A model generated the notes under the pieces. That model was not told the origin of the DNA and did not search any database. It was given only the letters and a program-made list of their open reading frames with translations. From Herbaspirillum sp. (GTDB lineage Bacteria > Pseudomonadota > Gammaproteobacteria > Burkholderiales > Burkholderiaceae_D), in contig DASYCG010000116.1 of the NCBI GenBank assembly GCA_036500325.1, forward strand, positions 12,308 to 76,307: a stretch of DNA of 64,000 nucleotides. Reading direction: 5' to 3'. This document shows, piece by piece, positions 10,281 through 19,726 of the stretch. The position numbers were made by a program, and so were the translations under genes. Positions within the stretch are counted from its first letter, which is position 1. The number at the start of each line of letters is the position of its first letter.

Positions 10281-10511
10281 TTAAAGAATCATGAAATCGC
10301 AACCGATTCCTTTGGCGAGGTCTTCAAAGACTTTTATTTTTGCCCAATCCTCGGTACCGTACGGTACCTGATAAAGGTCCTCAAGCGCGGCTTCAATAGA
10401 ATTGCAGGTTGCCGTATTGTCCGCCATGACAGGCGCCGTAACAGAGATGAGACCTGCGAACAGGATGCCGGCGGCAATCCTGGATGGGATTCCGGATAGT
10501 ATCGATTGCAT
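10281..10511 (-). CDS. Small secreted two-cysteine protein B (76 aa, hypothetical)
   Basis: RBS CAGGAG before ATG; Sec signal MQSILSGIPSRIAAGILFAGLISVTAPVMA; mature part C-x34-C, acidic. Confidence 0.75.
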   Translation of the reverse strand: MQSILSGIPSRIAAGILFAGLISVTAPVMADNTATCNSIEAALEDLYQVPYGTEDWAKIKVFEDLAKGIGCDFMIL

Positions 10512-10606
10512 AAATTCTCCTGAAAGGTTTATTGAAAAAACGAGTCAGAAGGATCGGCTTAATCCATATCTTATTAAACTGGTGGAACGATCAGGCAGCA
10601 TTGTGA

Positions 10607-11413
10607 TCAGGCGGCGCTGTTTTTCAACTTGCAGCGGCCATGCGCCACGGTAGCATCCTGGGCCGGCGCCTGCAATGGCGACGCAGTCGGATCGATCAAT
10701 AACTCCGTCAACGTTGCGTTGCCGTCGCTGGTGACACGGACCACGGTCGAATTACGCGTGCCGTAACCGGGCGAGCTGATGAAGACCGACGACAGCGTGC
10801 GTTCGCGTTCGATGCCGACACCGGTTTCCGGCAGGCGGCAATCGCTGGCGCGCGTGGTATCGGCCAGCATTTCAAAATAAGCTTCTTGCGGCGCACCTTG
10901 ACAGAGCAGGCTGCAGAGCTGTGCTTTGGCGCGTGTCACCTTAGGCCACGGCGTATCCAGCAAGGCATTGGACAGACCGTAGACGCCGGACGCCAGCGGC
11001 TGGCCGTTGCGCGGGTCGCCATCGGCCCTGTTCGAAAACCAGTGCAAGCAATCCTTGTCGCCGACCAGAAGATTAAAACCGTTATAGTCCGCGGCGCGAA
11101 GCGCCAACTGCGTCAGATACGCTTCCGGCGAAGCGTCGCCGGCTAAATAATCCGCCACCAGGTTACCGCGGGTCGGCACATCCGTCCGGCGTTCGCCGGG
11201 TGCGCGGACATTGGTCAGTGCGGCGAAGCGTCCTTCGCGCGTGACGCCGAGCCAGGTGCCGCCGCCCTGCAAATCGCGTCCGGCAAAAATATTGGGATGA
11301 TCCGTCCACCAGGCGGCAGGGCTGGCAGGCCGATCATAAAATTCATCACGATTGGCGGCCGCCATCAACGGCAGGCCAGGCACCACCTGCCAACTAAAAA
11401 CAATCAGACACAT
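10607..11413 (-). CDS. NRDE-family (TANGO2-like) protein
   Basis: N-terminal MCL, ANRDEFYDRP, GGTWLG, RG.LV, FNLL, LSN..LDTPWPK, YGTR. Confidence 0.92.
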   Translation of the reverse strand: MCLIVFSWQVVPGLPLMAAANRDEFYDRPASPAAWWTDHPNIFAGRDLQGGGTWLGVTREGRFAALTNVRAPGERRTDVPTRGNLVADYLAGDASPEAYLTQLALRAADYNGFNLLVGDKDCLHWFSNRADGDPRNGQPLASGVYGLSNALLDTPWPKVTRAKAQLCSLLCQGAPQEAYFEMLADTTRASDCRLPETGVGIERERTLSSVFISSPGYGTRNSTVVRVTSDGNATLTELLIDPTASPLQAPAQDATVAHGRCKLKNSAA

Positions 11414-11715
11414 GGCGTGCAATCCAGAAAATATTCAATGTGACGCGTCCCGTCGATCAGCCCCGCATAAGCGGCAGCATCGAAAGCCTGCTGCAAGGTG
11501 TTTTCAAAATCGTCCGGCACCGCCAGATAAACTTCCATCCAGGTATCGAGCGGTTCCGCAGCATCTGTGCCTGTTTTACCGGTTTGCGGCGGCCGCTTTT
11601 TCAATGCGACCGCGACCCCGTGATCACGGCGCAGATTTGCCTGCATGGTATTAACCTGCGCTTGCAATTGTTGTGCCAGCGCGCGCGGTACGCGGTAATA
11701 GATGTACAGATCCAT
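11404..11715 (-). CDS. DUF4936-like small protein
   Basis: LYIYYRV, TWMEVY, RHIEYF motifs; overlaps the NRDE start. Confidence 0.75.
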   Translation of the reverse strand: MDLYIYYRVPRALAQQLQAQVNTMQANLRRDHGVAVALKKRPPQTGKTGTDAAEPLDTWMEVYLAVPDDFENTLQQAFDAAAYAGLIDGTRHIEYFLDCTPCV

Positions 11716-11718
11716 GTT

Positions 11719-12816
11719 CTACTCCGAATCGGCCGTTGGGTTGGCCGATGAATCAGCCAGTGAATAAGGCAGTGGATGGAAATGCAGAATTGGCCCGGTT
11801 GCCGATCCTGCGTGCACGCTGCCCGCTTCCGGTGCAGTCAGTTTGATTTCCGTGAGGCAAATTATACGGATGTCGTCATTACTGTCGCCGCCGCCATCGA
11901 TTTCAGCATTGACGATGGCGCCGCAAGGCTGTTCGGGATCGGCACTGGAGAAAATCTCGGTACCCGGCTGAATTGCCGCTGCGACGTCGCCGCTGACGCC
12001 TTCGATTGCCGCCAGCATCATGCGGCGCTTCAATTTGCCCAGATACTGGCTGCGCGCGACGATTTCCTGGCCGGGATAGCAGCCTTTTTTAAAGTTCACG
12101 CCGCCGATCAATTCGAAATTAATCATTTGCGGCACGAATTTTTCCTGCGTCGCTGCGGTGATCTGCGGCACGCCGGCCTGGATGTCGCCTAAATTCCAGG
12201 CAGCGTCGCCGGCTGCATCCAAAGTGGTGCGCAATTGCGGCCATGCTGCGATCGCTATGGCGTTGGCGGCGATCCATTGATAGCGCGCAATAACGTTAAT
12301 GCCGTCGATACCGTCAGCCAGCCGCATCAGCGAGCCGGAGGTATTGTCGATTTTTGCATAAGGCCGGGCCGGCAATTCCGGAAACCAGGTTTGCAGGGCA
12401 GCAGCAGCGCGATCGCCTGCCAGGCCGAGTATGGCTTGTTGGCCGCTGACATCCTGCACCTTGACTTTGGCGCGCAGGATAAACATTTGCAGGCGCTTTT
12501 GGATGGACGGCAGCAGGGGCCGCGGCAGCATCAGGATGATGGCGTTGGCGTGTTTCCAGATCAGCATGGTTGCCAGTAAGCGGCCTTTTGCCGAACAATA
12601 ACCGGCCAGGCGCACCTCGCCGGTGCCCAAGTGCTCTACGTCGTTGGTCAATTGGTTATGTAAAAAGGAAGCGGCTTCTTCGCCGCTGAAGGCGAGTAAT
12701 CCCAGATTTGTCAATGGTGAGACGAAATCCTTGTGTGCGCCGCCGCCGGCCGACGGCGCATTCTGCTGCTGCAGAAATGCCAGCCACTCATTGGCGGGGA
12801 GGGTTGATTCAGTCAT
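11719..12816 (-). CDS. ygfZ: Folate-binding Fe-S cluster maturation/repair protein YgfZ
   Basis: KGCYPGQEIVAR signature, FLHNQLTND. Confidence 0.93.
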   Translation of the reverse strand: MTESTLPANEWLAFLQQQNAPSAGGGAHKDFVSPLTNLGLLAFSGEEAASFLHNQLTNDVEHLGTGEVRLAGYCSAKGRLLATMLIWKHANAIILMLPRPLLPSIQKRLQMFILRAKVKVQDVSGQQAILGLAGDRAAAALQTWFPELPARPYAKIDNTSGSLMRLADGIDGINVIARYQWIAANAIAIAAWPQLRTTLDAAGDAAWNLGDIQAGVPQITAATQEKFVPQMINFELIGGVNFKKGCYPGQEIVARSQYLGKLKRRMMLAAIEGVSGDVAAAIQPGTEIFSSADPEQPCGAIVNAEIDGGGDSNDDIRIICLTEIKLTAPEAGSVHAGSATGPILHFHPLPYSLADSSANPTADSE

Positions 12817-12909
12817 AAATTAGGCTACTTTCCGATTCAGCGATTATCATTAGTGCGTTGATTATAAAGATGTCACAAAAACGCGTTAGATCGCGCTCAA
12901 ATTTCCCGC

Positions 12910-13926
12910 ATGAAAAAACTATTTACTTTTGTTCTGGCGTTGTGTCTTGCAGCGGGCTTCAGCTTTGCCTATTGGGCTAAACAGCCGATTCTGGAGGCGC
13001 AGCATGGGCCAGTGCCTTTCACCATCGAAGCCGGCAGCAGCCTGAACGGTTCGGCCGAGCAGATTGCTGCCGCGGGCATTCCGCTCGATCCGCTATTGTT
13101 CTCACTATTTGCCCGGGTGACGAATAAGGGCGGCAAGATCAAGGCCGGCAGTTACGAACTCAGAGCCGGCGCTTCGCCGCTGCACTTGCTTAATCAGTTG
13201 GTGCGCGGCGAATTTGCGCAGGAGTCGCTGACGATCATCGAAGGCTGGAATTTCAAGCAGATGCGCGCCGCCATCGCCGCCCATCCGGGGCTCAAGCACG
13301 ATACGGTAGCATTGTCAGATACCGATCTGCTGGCAAAAATCACCAGCAATTATGCAATGCCGGAAGGTTTATTTTTCCCGGATACGTATCTGTTTGCAAA
13401 AGGCGCCAGCGATCTGCAGGTCTATCGGCAAGCGTATGCGGTACTGACCAAAAAACTCGATGAAGCATGGGATAGGCGCGATCCGTCGCTGCCTTACGCG
13501 ACGCCGTATGATGCGCTGATCATGGCGTCTATTGTCGAAAAAGAAACCGGGCAAAAATCCGAGCGCGGCATGATCGCCGGCGTTTTCGTCAATCGGCTCA
13601 AGCAGGGCATGCCGCTGCAAACGGATCCAACGGTCATTTACGGCATGGGCGATCGCTATCATGGGGTTATTCACAAATCCGATCTGTTGGCCGATACCAC
13701 CCACAATACCTATACGCGGCGCGGTTTGCCGCCGACGCCGATTTCATTGCCGGGCGCGGCTTCGCTGGCCGCGGCACTCGCGCCGGAACGCACCGATGCG
13801 GTGTATTTCGTTGCGCGCGGCGACGGCAGCAGCCAGTTCTCGAATAATCTGAGCGATCACAACCGCGCCGTGAATCTGTATCAGCGCACAATGCAAAAAA
13901 TAAATCAGCAAGTGAACCAAAGATAG
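12910..13926 (+). CDS. mltG: Endolytic transglycosylase MltG
   Basis: [37 protein letters not shown]; precedes tmk. Confidence 0.95.
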   Translation: MKKLFTFVLALCLAAGFSFAYWAKQPILEAQHGPVPFTIEAGSSLNGSAEQIAAAGIPLDPLLFSLFARVTNKGGKIKAGSYELRAGASPLHLLNQLVRGEFAQESLTIIEGWNFKQMRAAIAAHPGLKHDTVALSDTDLLAKITSNYAMPEGLFFPDTYLFAKGASDLQVYRQAYAVLTKKLDEAWDRRDPSLPYATPYDALIMASIVEKETGQKSERGMIAGVFVNRLKQGMPLQTDPTVIYGMGDRYHGVIHKSDLLADTTHNTYTRRGLPPTPISLPGAASLAAALAPERTDAVYFVARGDGSSQFSNNLSDHNRAVNLYQRTMQKINQQVNQR

Positions 13927-13931
13927 CATCC

Positions 13932-14600
13932 ATGACCAATAACGACACAAGTCAGGCTGGCGGCGAGCATGGCGGCACAACGCCCTCAGCGCGATTCATC
14001 ACTTTCGAAGGGATCGACGGCGCCGGAAAATCGACGCATATTCCTTTCGTCGCAACGTTGTTGCGCGAACGCGGCCTGACGGTGGTCACCACGCGTGAAC
14101 CCGGCGGTACTGCGCTGGGCGAAAGTCTGCGGGATATATTGCTGCATCAGAAAATGCATATCGAAACGGAAGCCTTGCTGATGTTTGCCGGCCGGCGCGA
14201 GCACCTGGCGCAAGTCATCGAACCGGCGCTGGCGCGTGGCGAATGGGTGATTTCGGATCGTTTCACCGATGCCAGCTTCGCGTATCAGGGCGGCGGACGC
14301 AATCTGGCGCGCACCAAACTGGAGGCGCTGGAGCGGTGGGTGCATCCGCATTTGCAGCCGGATCTGACCTTATTGTTCGACGTGCCGCTGGAAGTGGCGC
14401 GCGCGCGGCTGGATGCCGAGCGTACGCCGGATAAATTCGAACAGGAGAAAACTGCATTCTTTGCCTCTACGCGGGCTGAATATCTGCGCCGTGCAGCGCA
14501 GTTTCCCGAGCGCTTTCGATTGATCGATTCCAGCCGCCCGATTGCTGCAATCGAAGCAGAGTTGCGCACGATTTTAACGTCGGTTCTGGACAGGATTTAG
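13932..14600 (+). CDS. tmk: Thymidylate kinase
   Basis: [25 protein letters not shown]. Confidence 0.96.
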   Translation: MTNNDTSQAGGEHGGTTPSARFITFEGIDGAGKSTHIPFVATLLRERGLTVVTTREPGGTALGESLRDILLHQKMHIETEALLMFAGRREHLAQVIEPALARGEWVISDRFTDASFAYQGGGRNLARTKLEALERWVHPHLQPDLTLLFDVPLEVARARLDAERTPDKFEQEKTAFFASTRAEYLRRAAQFPERFRLIDSSRPIAAIEAELRTILTSVLDRI

Positions 14601-14607
14601 AGCTGCC

Positions 14608-15642
14608 ATGAGCGATTCCCTCTACCCATGGCAGCTTGAAAGCTGGCGGCAGTTGCAGCAATTGCGTGCGCGGCTGCCGCACGCCATCCTGCTGTACGGC
14701 GCGCAAGGCATCGGTAAAACCCATTTTGCCGAAGCGTTTGCGCAATCCTTATTATGCGAAGCGCCGCTGCCGGACGGGCACGCTTGCGGAACATGCGTGG
14801 CCTGCGGCTGGTTTCTGCAGCAGAATCATCCCGATTTTCGGCGCGTGCGGCCGGAAGCGCTGGATGACGACGCCGGAACCGAAGGCGCCGATGGCGAAGA
14901 AAAGAAAACCGCCAAGGCGGCTAAAACACCTTCCAAGGAAATCAAGATCGATCAGATCCGTGCCCTGGCCGATTTCATGAATGTTTCCACGCATCGTTCC
15001 GGCATGCGGGTAGTGGTGCTGTATCCGGCGGAAGCGCTCAATAACGCTTCCGCCAATGCGCTGTTGAAGACATTGGAAGAACCGCCGCCGAATACCATTT
15101 TTCTGCTGGCCTGCAATCGGCTCGATCGCCTGCTGCCGACCATATTGTCGCGTTGCCGCAAATTTGCGCTGGCATTGCCGTCGCAAGACGAGGCATTGCT
15201 CTGGCTCAAACAGCAAGATTTGAAGGATGCCGATGTCTGGCTGGCCGAGCAGGGCGGTGCGCCGTTGGCCGCGCTGGATGCGGCGCACGCGGAGGGTCGT
15301 GAAATGCTCGACGAGCTGTTGGCGTTCCTGCAGGCGCCGACGATCGAGCGCGCACTCAAGACAGCCGAGCGCATGCAGAAAACGCCGGTGGTGCAGTCGG
15401 TCGGCTGGACGCAACGCTGGCTGTACGATTTGCTGTCTTCGCAGATGGCATCGGTAGTGCGCTACTATCCGCGCCACAAACGCGAATTGACCGCACTGGC
15501 CGACAAGCTGGAAACCCATACGCTGCTGGCGGCATTGAAACAGCTGAACGAGCGGCGCGCGATTGCGGATCATCCCTTATCGGCCAAGTTATTCATCGAA
15601 GATATGTTACTGGCTTACACAGCATTATTTCGATTTCCATGA
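14608..15642 (+). CDS. holB: DNA polymerase III subunit delta'
   Basis: HAILL.G..GIGK, zinc-finger Cys, HPD, ANALLKTLEEPP, PTILSRC. Confidence 0.95.
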   Translation: MSDSLYPWQLESWRQLQQLRARLPHAILLYGAQGIGKTHFAEAFAQSLLCEAPLPDGHACGTCVACGWFLQQNHPDFRRVRPEALDDDAGTEGADGEEKKTAKAAKTPSKEIKIDQIRALADFMNVSTHRSGMRVVVLYPAEALNNASANALLKTLEEPPPNTIFLLACNRLDRLLPTILSRCRKFALALPSQDEALLWLKQQDLKDADVWLAEQGGAPLAALDAAHAEGREMLDELLAFLQAPTIERALKTAERMQKTPVVQSVGWTQRWLYDLLSSQMASVVRYYPRHKRELTALADKLETHTLLAALKQLNERRAIADHPLSAKLFIEDMLLAYTALFRFP

Positions 15643-15770
15643 CGTCGAGAAGGTCAAATCCGGGCAATTTGGGACAAACCGGGCTAAACCGACGGGAATA
15701 GTTGATTAGCATCGGCCCGGTTTTGGCGCAAGATATTCATTTGCGTATAGAATATCGGACTTTAGCGCGA

Positions 15771-15851
15771 GCGGACGTGGCGCGGCGGCAAGCACATTGC
15801 TCCATAACGCAGTGCAGTTCACGTCTTAATCGTACCTGTACCCCGGTACCA
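15771..15851 (+). other. Structured non-coding stretch resembling a decayed tRNA-Leu upstream of tig
   Basis: Begins GCGGACGTGGCG, ends ACCA, contains GTTCACGTC; no proper cloverleaf. Confidence 0.35.
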
Positions 15852-15880
15852 CCGAATTTTTTAATTTTTGGACGAGTCAC

Positions 15881-17230
15881 ATGGCAACAGCAGTTGAAAC
15901 CCTGAGCAAACTTGAGCGTCGCATTACGCTTACTTTCCCAATGTCCGAAGTACAGGCAGAAGTCGAAAAGCGCCTGAAAGTGCGCGCTCGTACTGTCAAG
16001 GCGCCGGGTTTCCGTACTGGTAAAGTGCCGATGAAAATGGTCGCCGCCCAGTACGGCTATCAAGTCGAATCCGAAGTCCTGAACGACAAGATCGGTAAAA
16101 GCTTTACCGACGCCGTAGTCGAAAGCAATCTGCGCGTTGCCGGCTATCCGGACATTCAACCGAAGACCAACGACGGCGCTGCCGAAGGCGTTGTCACTTT
16201 TGACGCTACATTCGAAGTGTATCCGGACGTCGTGATCGGCGACCTGACCGGCGTTGAAGTCGAAAAGACCAAATCGTCCGTATCGGATACGGAAATCGAT
16301 AAAACCATCGATATCCTGCGCAAGCAACGCGTGCATTACCACGTCAAGGGCGAGCAAAGCGACCATGGCGACGGCGGCAGCGATCTGGCGGCCAAGAACG
16401 GCGATCGCGTCACGATCGATTTCGTCGGCAAGATCGACGGCGTTGAATTTCAAGGCGGCAAGGCCGACAACTATCCGTTCGTGCTGGGCGAAGGCCGCAT
16501 GCTGCCTGAGTTCGAAGCAGCCGTAGTCGGTTTGAAAGTCGGCGAAGCGAAGACCTTCCCGCTGCCGTTTCCTGCCGATTACCATGGCAAGGATGTTGCC
16601 GGTAAAACTGCGGAATTCACGATTACATTGAAGCAGATCGAATGGCCGCATATGCCTGAGGTCGATGCTGAATTCGCCAAATCGCTGGGCATCGAAGACG
16701 GCGATCTCGGCAAAATGCGCGAAGACATCAAGAAGAATCTGGAGCGCGAAGTCAGCGCGCGCGTCAAGTCCAAGACCAAAGACAGCGTCATGGATGCACT
16801 GATCAAGATCAGCGAACTGGACGTTCCTAAAGCGCTGATCGACCAGGACGTCGAGCGGCTGGCTGAAATGACGCGTCAGGATATGACACAACGCGGCATG
16901 AATCCGAAGGAAGTCGAACTGCCTAAGGAATTGTTCAAGGCGCAGGCCGAACGCCGTGTGCGTCTGGGCCTGATTCTGGCAGAAGTGGTCAAGCTCAATA
17001 AACTGGAAGCGACGCCTGAGCAAGTCAAGGCGCAGGTTGAAGACTTTGCACAAAGCTACGAAGATCCACAACAAGTGCTGAAATATTATTTCAGCGATCG
17101 CAGCCGCCTGGCTGAAGTCGAGGCTCTTGTTTTGGAAGAAAACGTCGTCAACTACGTTCTGGGCAAATCCAAGGTCACCGAAAAATCGCTGGCATTTGAT
17201 GAGCTGATGGGTAATAACGCCCAAGCATAA
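15881..17230 (+). CDS. tig: Trigger factor
   Basis: GFRTGKVP ribosome-binding motif, central FKBP domain, upstream of clpP. Confidence 0.97.
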   Translation: MATAVETLSKLERRITLTFPMSEVQAEVEKRLKVRARTVKAPGFRTGKVPMKMVAAQYGYQVESEVLNDKIGKSFTDAVVESNLRVAGYPDIQPKTNDGAAEGVVTFDATFEVYPDVVIGDLTGVEVEKTKSSVSDTEIDKTIDILRKQRVHYHVKGEQSDHGDGGSDLAAKNGDRVTIDFVGKIDGVEFQGGKADNYPFVLGEGRMLPEFEAAVVGLKVGEAKTFPLPFPADYHGKDVAGKTAEFTITLKQIEWPHMPEVDAEFAKSLGIEDGDLGKMREDIKKNLEREVSARVKSKTKDSVMDALIKISELDVPKALIDQDVERLAEMTRQDMTQRGMNPKEVELPKELFKAQAERRVRLGLILAEVVKLNKLEATPEQVKAQVEDFAQSYEDPQQVLKYYFSDRSRLAEVEALVLEENVVNYVLGKSKVTEKSLAFDELMGNNAQA

Positions 17231-17256
17231 GCTGCAAGACGGCATAAGGAAAGTAA

Positions 17257-17883
17257 ATGACTGGTTTGATACGACACTCTGCGTTGGATACTGACATGCT
17301 CGGCCTGGTGCCGATGGTGGTAGAGCAAAGCGGCCGCGGCGAACGCGCTTACGATATCTATTCGCGTTTGTTGAAGGAACGCGTGATTTTCCTGGTCGGT
17401 CCTGTCAATGACATGTCCGCAAACCTGATCGTGGCGCAAATGTTGTTTCTGGAAAGCGAAAATCCGGACAAGGACATTTCTCTGTATATCAATTCACCGG
17501 GCGGATCGGTTTCTGCAGGCATGGCGATTTTCGACACCATGCAATTCATCAAGCCGGACGTCTCGACCTTATGTACCGGCCTGGCGGCATCGATGGGTGC
17601 ATTTTTGCTGGCTGCGGGCAGCAAAGGAAAACGGTTTTCGCTGCCGAATTCCCGCATCATGATTCACCAACCGCTGGGCGGCGCGCAAGGCCAGGCTTCC
17701 GATATCGAAATCCAGGCACGTGAGATTCTTTATTTGCGCGAACGTCTGAATGCGATTCTGGCGGAAAAGACCGGTCGTTCGATTGAGCAGATCAGCAAAG
17801 ATACGGACCGCGACAATTTCATGTCGGCCGAGTCTGCAGCAGAGTACGGACTGATCGACAAAGTACTGACCAACCGCGAGTAA
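17257..17883 (+). CDS. clpP: ATP-dependent Clp protease proteolytic subunit
   Basis: [22 protein letters not shown] (catalytic Ser), IMIHQP. Confidence 0.98.
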   Translation: MTGLIRHSALDTDMLGLVPMVVEQSGRGERAYDIYSRLLKERVIFLVGPVNDMSANLIVAQMLFLESENPDKDISLYINSPGGSVSAGMAIFDTMQFIKPDVSTLCTGLAASMGAFLLAAGSKGKRFSLPNSRIMIHQPLGGAQGQASDIEIQAREILYLRERLNAILAEKTGRSIEQISKDTDRDNFMSAESAAEYGLIDKVLTNRE

Positions 17884-17907
17884 TCGCAAAGCGTACCAAA
17901 AGAGCGT

Positions 17908-17944
17908 AAAAATGCCCGAACGTACTGAGCGTTTGGGCATTTTT
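17908..17944. terminator. Intrinsic terminator after clpP
   Basis: AAAAATGCCCGAACG...CGTTTGGGCATTTTT hairpin. Confidence 0.75.
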
Positions 17945-18180
17945 CTTTTTCGGATACATTTTTGCTATCGATGGGCGGTATATCTTATACTGCGCTTAGA
18001 GCTGTGTGAATCGACGCTGCCTGACCCTTATTGTGTTCATTTTTGACATCAACCTATTGCCAAGCTGTTATCAATTATTGCAAAGTTGTTGCCATAGGCA
18101 TGACGCATTCGATGTTAAGGCGATGACGGCGGGGTAATTCGCGGGTAAGATCAAACAAACATCCCTTTTTAATTGCACAT

Positions 18181-19446
18181 ATGTCTGACAAAAAAACTTC
18201 AAGCGGCGAGAAATTATTGTATTGCTCATTTTGTGGCAAGAGCCAGCATGAGGTAAAAAAGCTGATTGCCGGTCCTTCGGTGTTCATCTGCGATGAATGC
18301 ATCGATTTGTGCAACGACATCATTCGCGATGAAATTTCAACGCTGAGTTCCGTCTCCGACGCAAAATCCGATTTGCCGACGCCGATGGAGATTACCGAGC
18401 TGCTGGATCAATACGTGATCGGGCAGGAAAACGCCAAGCGCATCCTGTCGGTAGCGGTCTATAACCATTACAAACGCCTCAAACATCTGGTCAGCAAAGA
18501 CGATGTCGAGCTCGCCAAGAGCAATATCCTGCTGGTCGGTCCGACCGGTTCGGGCAAAACGCTGTTGGCGCAGACCTTGGCGCGCATGTTGAACGTGCCG
18601 TTTGTGATTGCCGATGCGACTACCCTGACTGAAGCTGGCTATGTCGGTGAAGATGTCGAAAACATCATTCAGAAGTTGTTGCAAAACTGTAATTACGATG
18701 TCGAAAAAGCGCAGCGCGGTATCGTTTATATCGATGAAATCGATAAGATTTCACGCAAATCGGATAATCCTTCGATTACACGCGATGTGTCCGGTGAGGG
18801 CGTTCAGCAAGCGCTGTTGAAGCTGATCGAAGGCACGATGGCATCGGTGCCGCCACAAGGCGGCCGCAAGCATCCCAATCAGGATTTTGTGCAGATCGAT
18901 ACCACCAATATCATGTTCATTTGCGGCGGTGCTTTCGATGGCCTGACCAAGATTATTTCGGAGCGCTCGGAAAAGAGCGGCATTGGCTTCTCGGCTAACG
19001 TCAAGAGCCAGGCGCAACGCACGGCAGGGGAAGTCCTGCTGGCGGCAGAGCCGGAAGATTTAATCAAATTCGGCCTGATTCCAGAATTGGTCGGCCGCTT
19101 GCCGGTGGTCGCGACGCTCAACGAACTGAACGAAGCGGCATTGATCCAGATTCTGTTGGAACCGAAGAATGCGTTGATCAAACAGTATTCCAAGTTGTTG
19201 CAGATGGAAGGCGCGGAGCTCGAAATTCGTCCTGCGGGTCTGGATGCGATTGCGAAAAAGGCGCTGGCACGGAAAACCGGGGCTCGCGGCCTGCGTTCCA
19301 TTCTGGAACAAGCATTACTGGACGTCATGTATGAATTGCCGAGTCAACAAAATGTCGCCAAAGTGGTGATCGACGAAAGTACGATTACCAATGGCGCCAA
19401 ACCGTTGTTGATTTACCATGAACAAGCCAAGGTTTCGGGAGGTTAA
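18181..19446 (+). CDS. clpX: ATP-dependent Clp protease ATP-binding subunit ClpX
   Basis: CSFC..CDEC zinc finger, [17 protein letters not shown] loop. Confidence 0.98.
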   Translation: MSDKKTSSGEKLLYCSFCGKSQHEVKKLIAGPSVFICDECIDLCNDIIRDEISTLSSVSDAKSDLPTPMEITELLDQYVIGQENAKRILSVAVYNHYKRLKHLVSKDDVELAKSNILLVGPTGSGKTLLAQTLARMLNVPFVIADATTLTEAGYVGEDVENIIQKLLQNCNYDVEKAQRGIVYIDEIDKISRKSDNPSITRDVSGEGVQQALLKLIEGTMASVPPQGGRKHPNQDFVQIDTTNIMFICGGAFDGLTKIISERSEKSGIGFSANVKSQAQRTAGEVLLAAEPEDLIKFGLIPELVGRLPVVATLNELNEAALIQILLEPKNALIKQYSKLLQMEGAELEIRPAGLDAIAKKALARKTGARGLRSILEQALLDVMYELPSQQNVAKVVIDESTITNGAKPLLIYHEQAKVSGG

Positions 19447-19541
19447 ATCACTCGAAGCGTAAAAATTGCTGACCAGCCGGATCGCGTAAAAGCGTTACAA
19501 TGATCCCGCACGATAGCTTTATTTTGCTGGCTTGCATCGAT

Positions 19542-19578
19542 AAGCCACCCAAGCGTCAATTGTGGGTGGCTTTTTTTT
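19542..19578 (+). terminator. Intrinsic terminator after clpX
   Basis: AAGCCACCC...GGGTGGCTT followed by T run. Confidence 0.75.
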
Positions 19579-19587
19579 ATCCAAACG

Positions 19588-19633
19588 GTTATTCAAAGCG
19601 TTATTCAAAAGCGTTATTTGATGTTATTCAAGT
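19588..19633. repeat. Four degenerate GTTATT(CAA) direct repeats upstream of lon
   Basis: Copies start at 19588, 19600, 19613 and 19623. Confidence 0.6.
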
Positions 19634-19726
19634 GTTGTATGAAGTATTTAATTTTCTTGCAGTATGGGCTTGTGTTTTGGCCGCCCGCGCCAACATCATT
19701 AATAGAATTTCTTGATAAGGCTCACT

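Noticed and set aside
8818-10511. Small peptides as classical RiPP or microcin precursors
   Set aside because: Sec-type signals rather than double-glycine leaders, acidic mature parts, and no peptidase-ABC exporter or modifying enzyme nearby
15737-17245. 502-aa minus-strand ORF opposite tig; similar long antisense ORFs opposite nadB, purT, lon, ppsA, macroglobulin and pbpC
   Set aside because: Shadow ORFs expected from GC-rich codon bias; no motifs, and each fully overlaps a well-supported gene
19588-19633. Short repeats as a possible CRISPR array (also 38351-38400 and 43128-43155)
   Set aside because: Units are 9-13 bp with no unique spacers, and no cas genes are present
19669-19700. Possible sigma32 promoter for lon (CTTGTG..CCAACAT)
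   Set aside because: Match to CTTGAA/CCCCAT is too weak to call by eye
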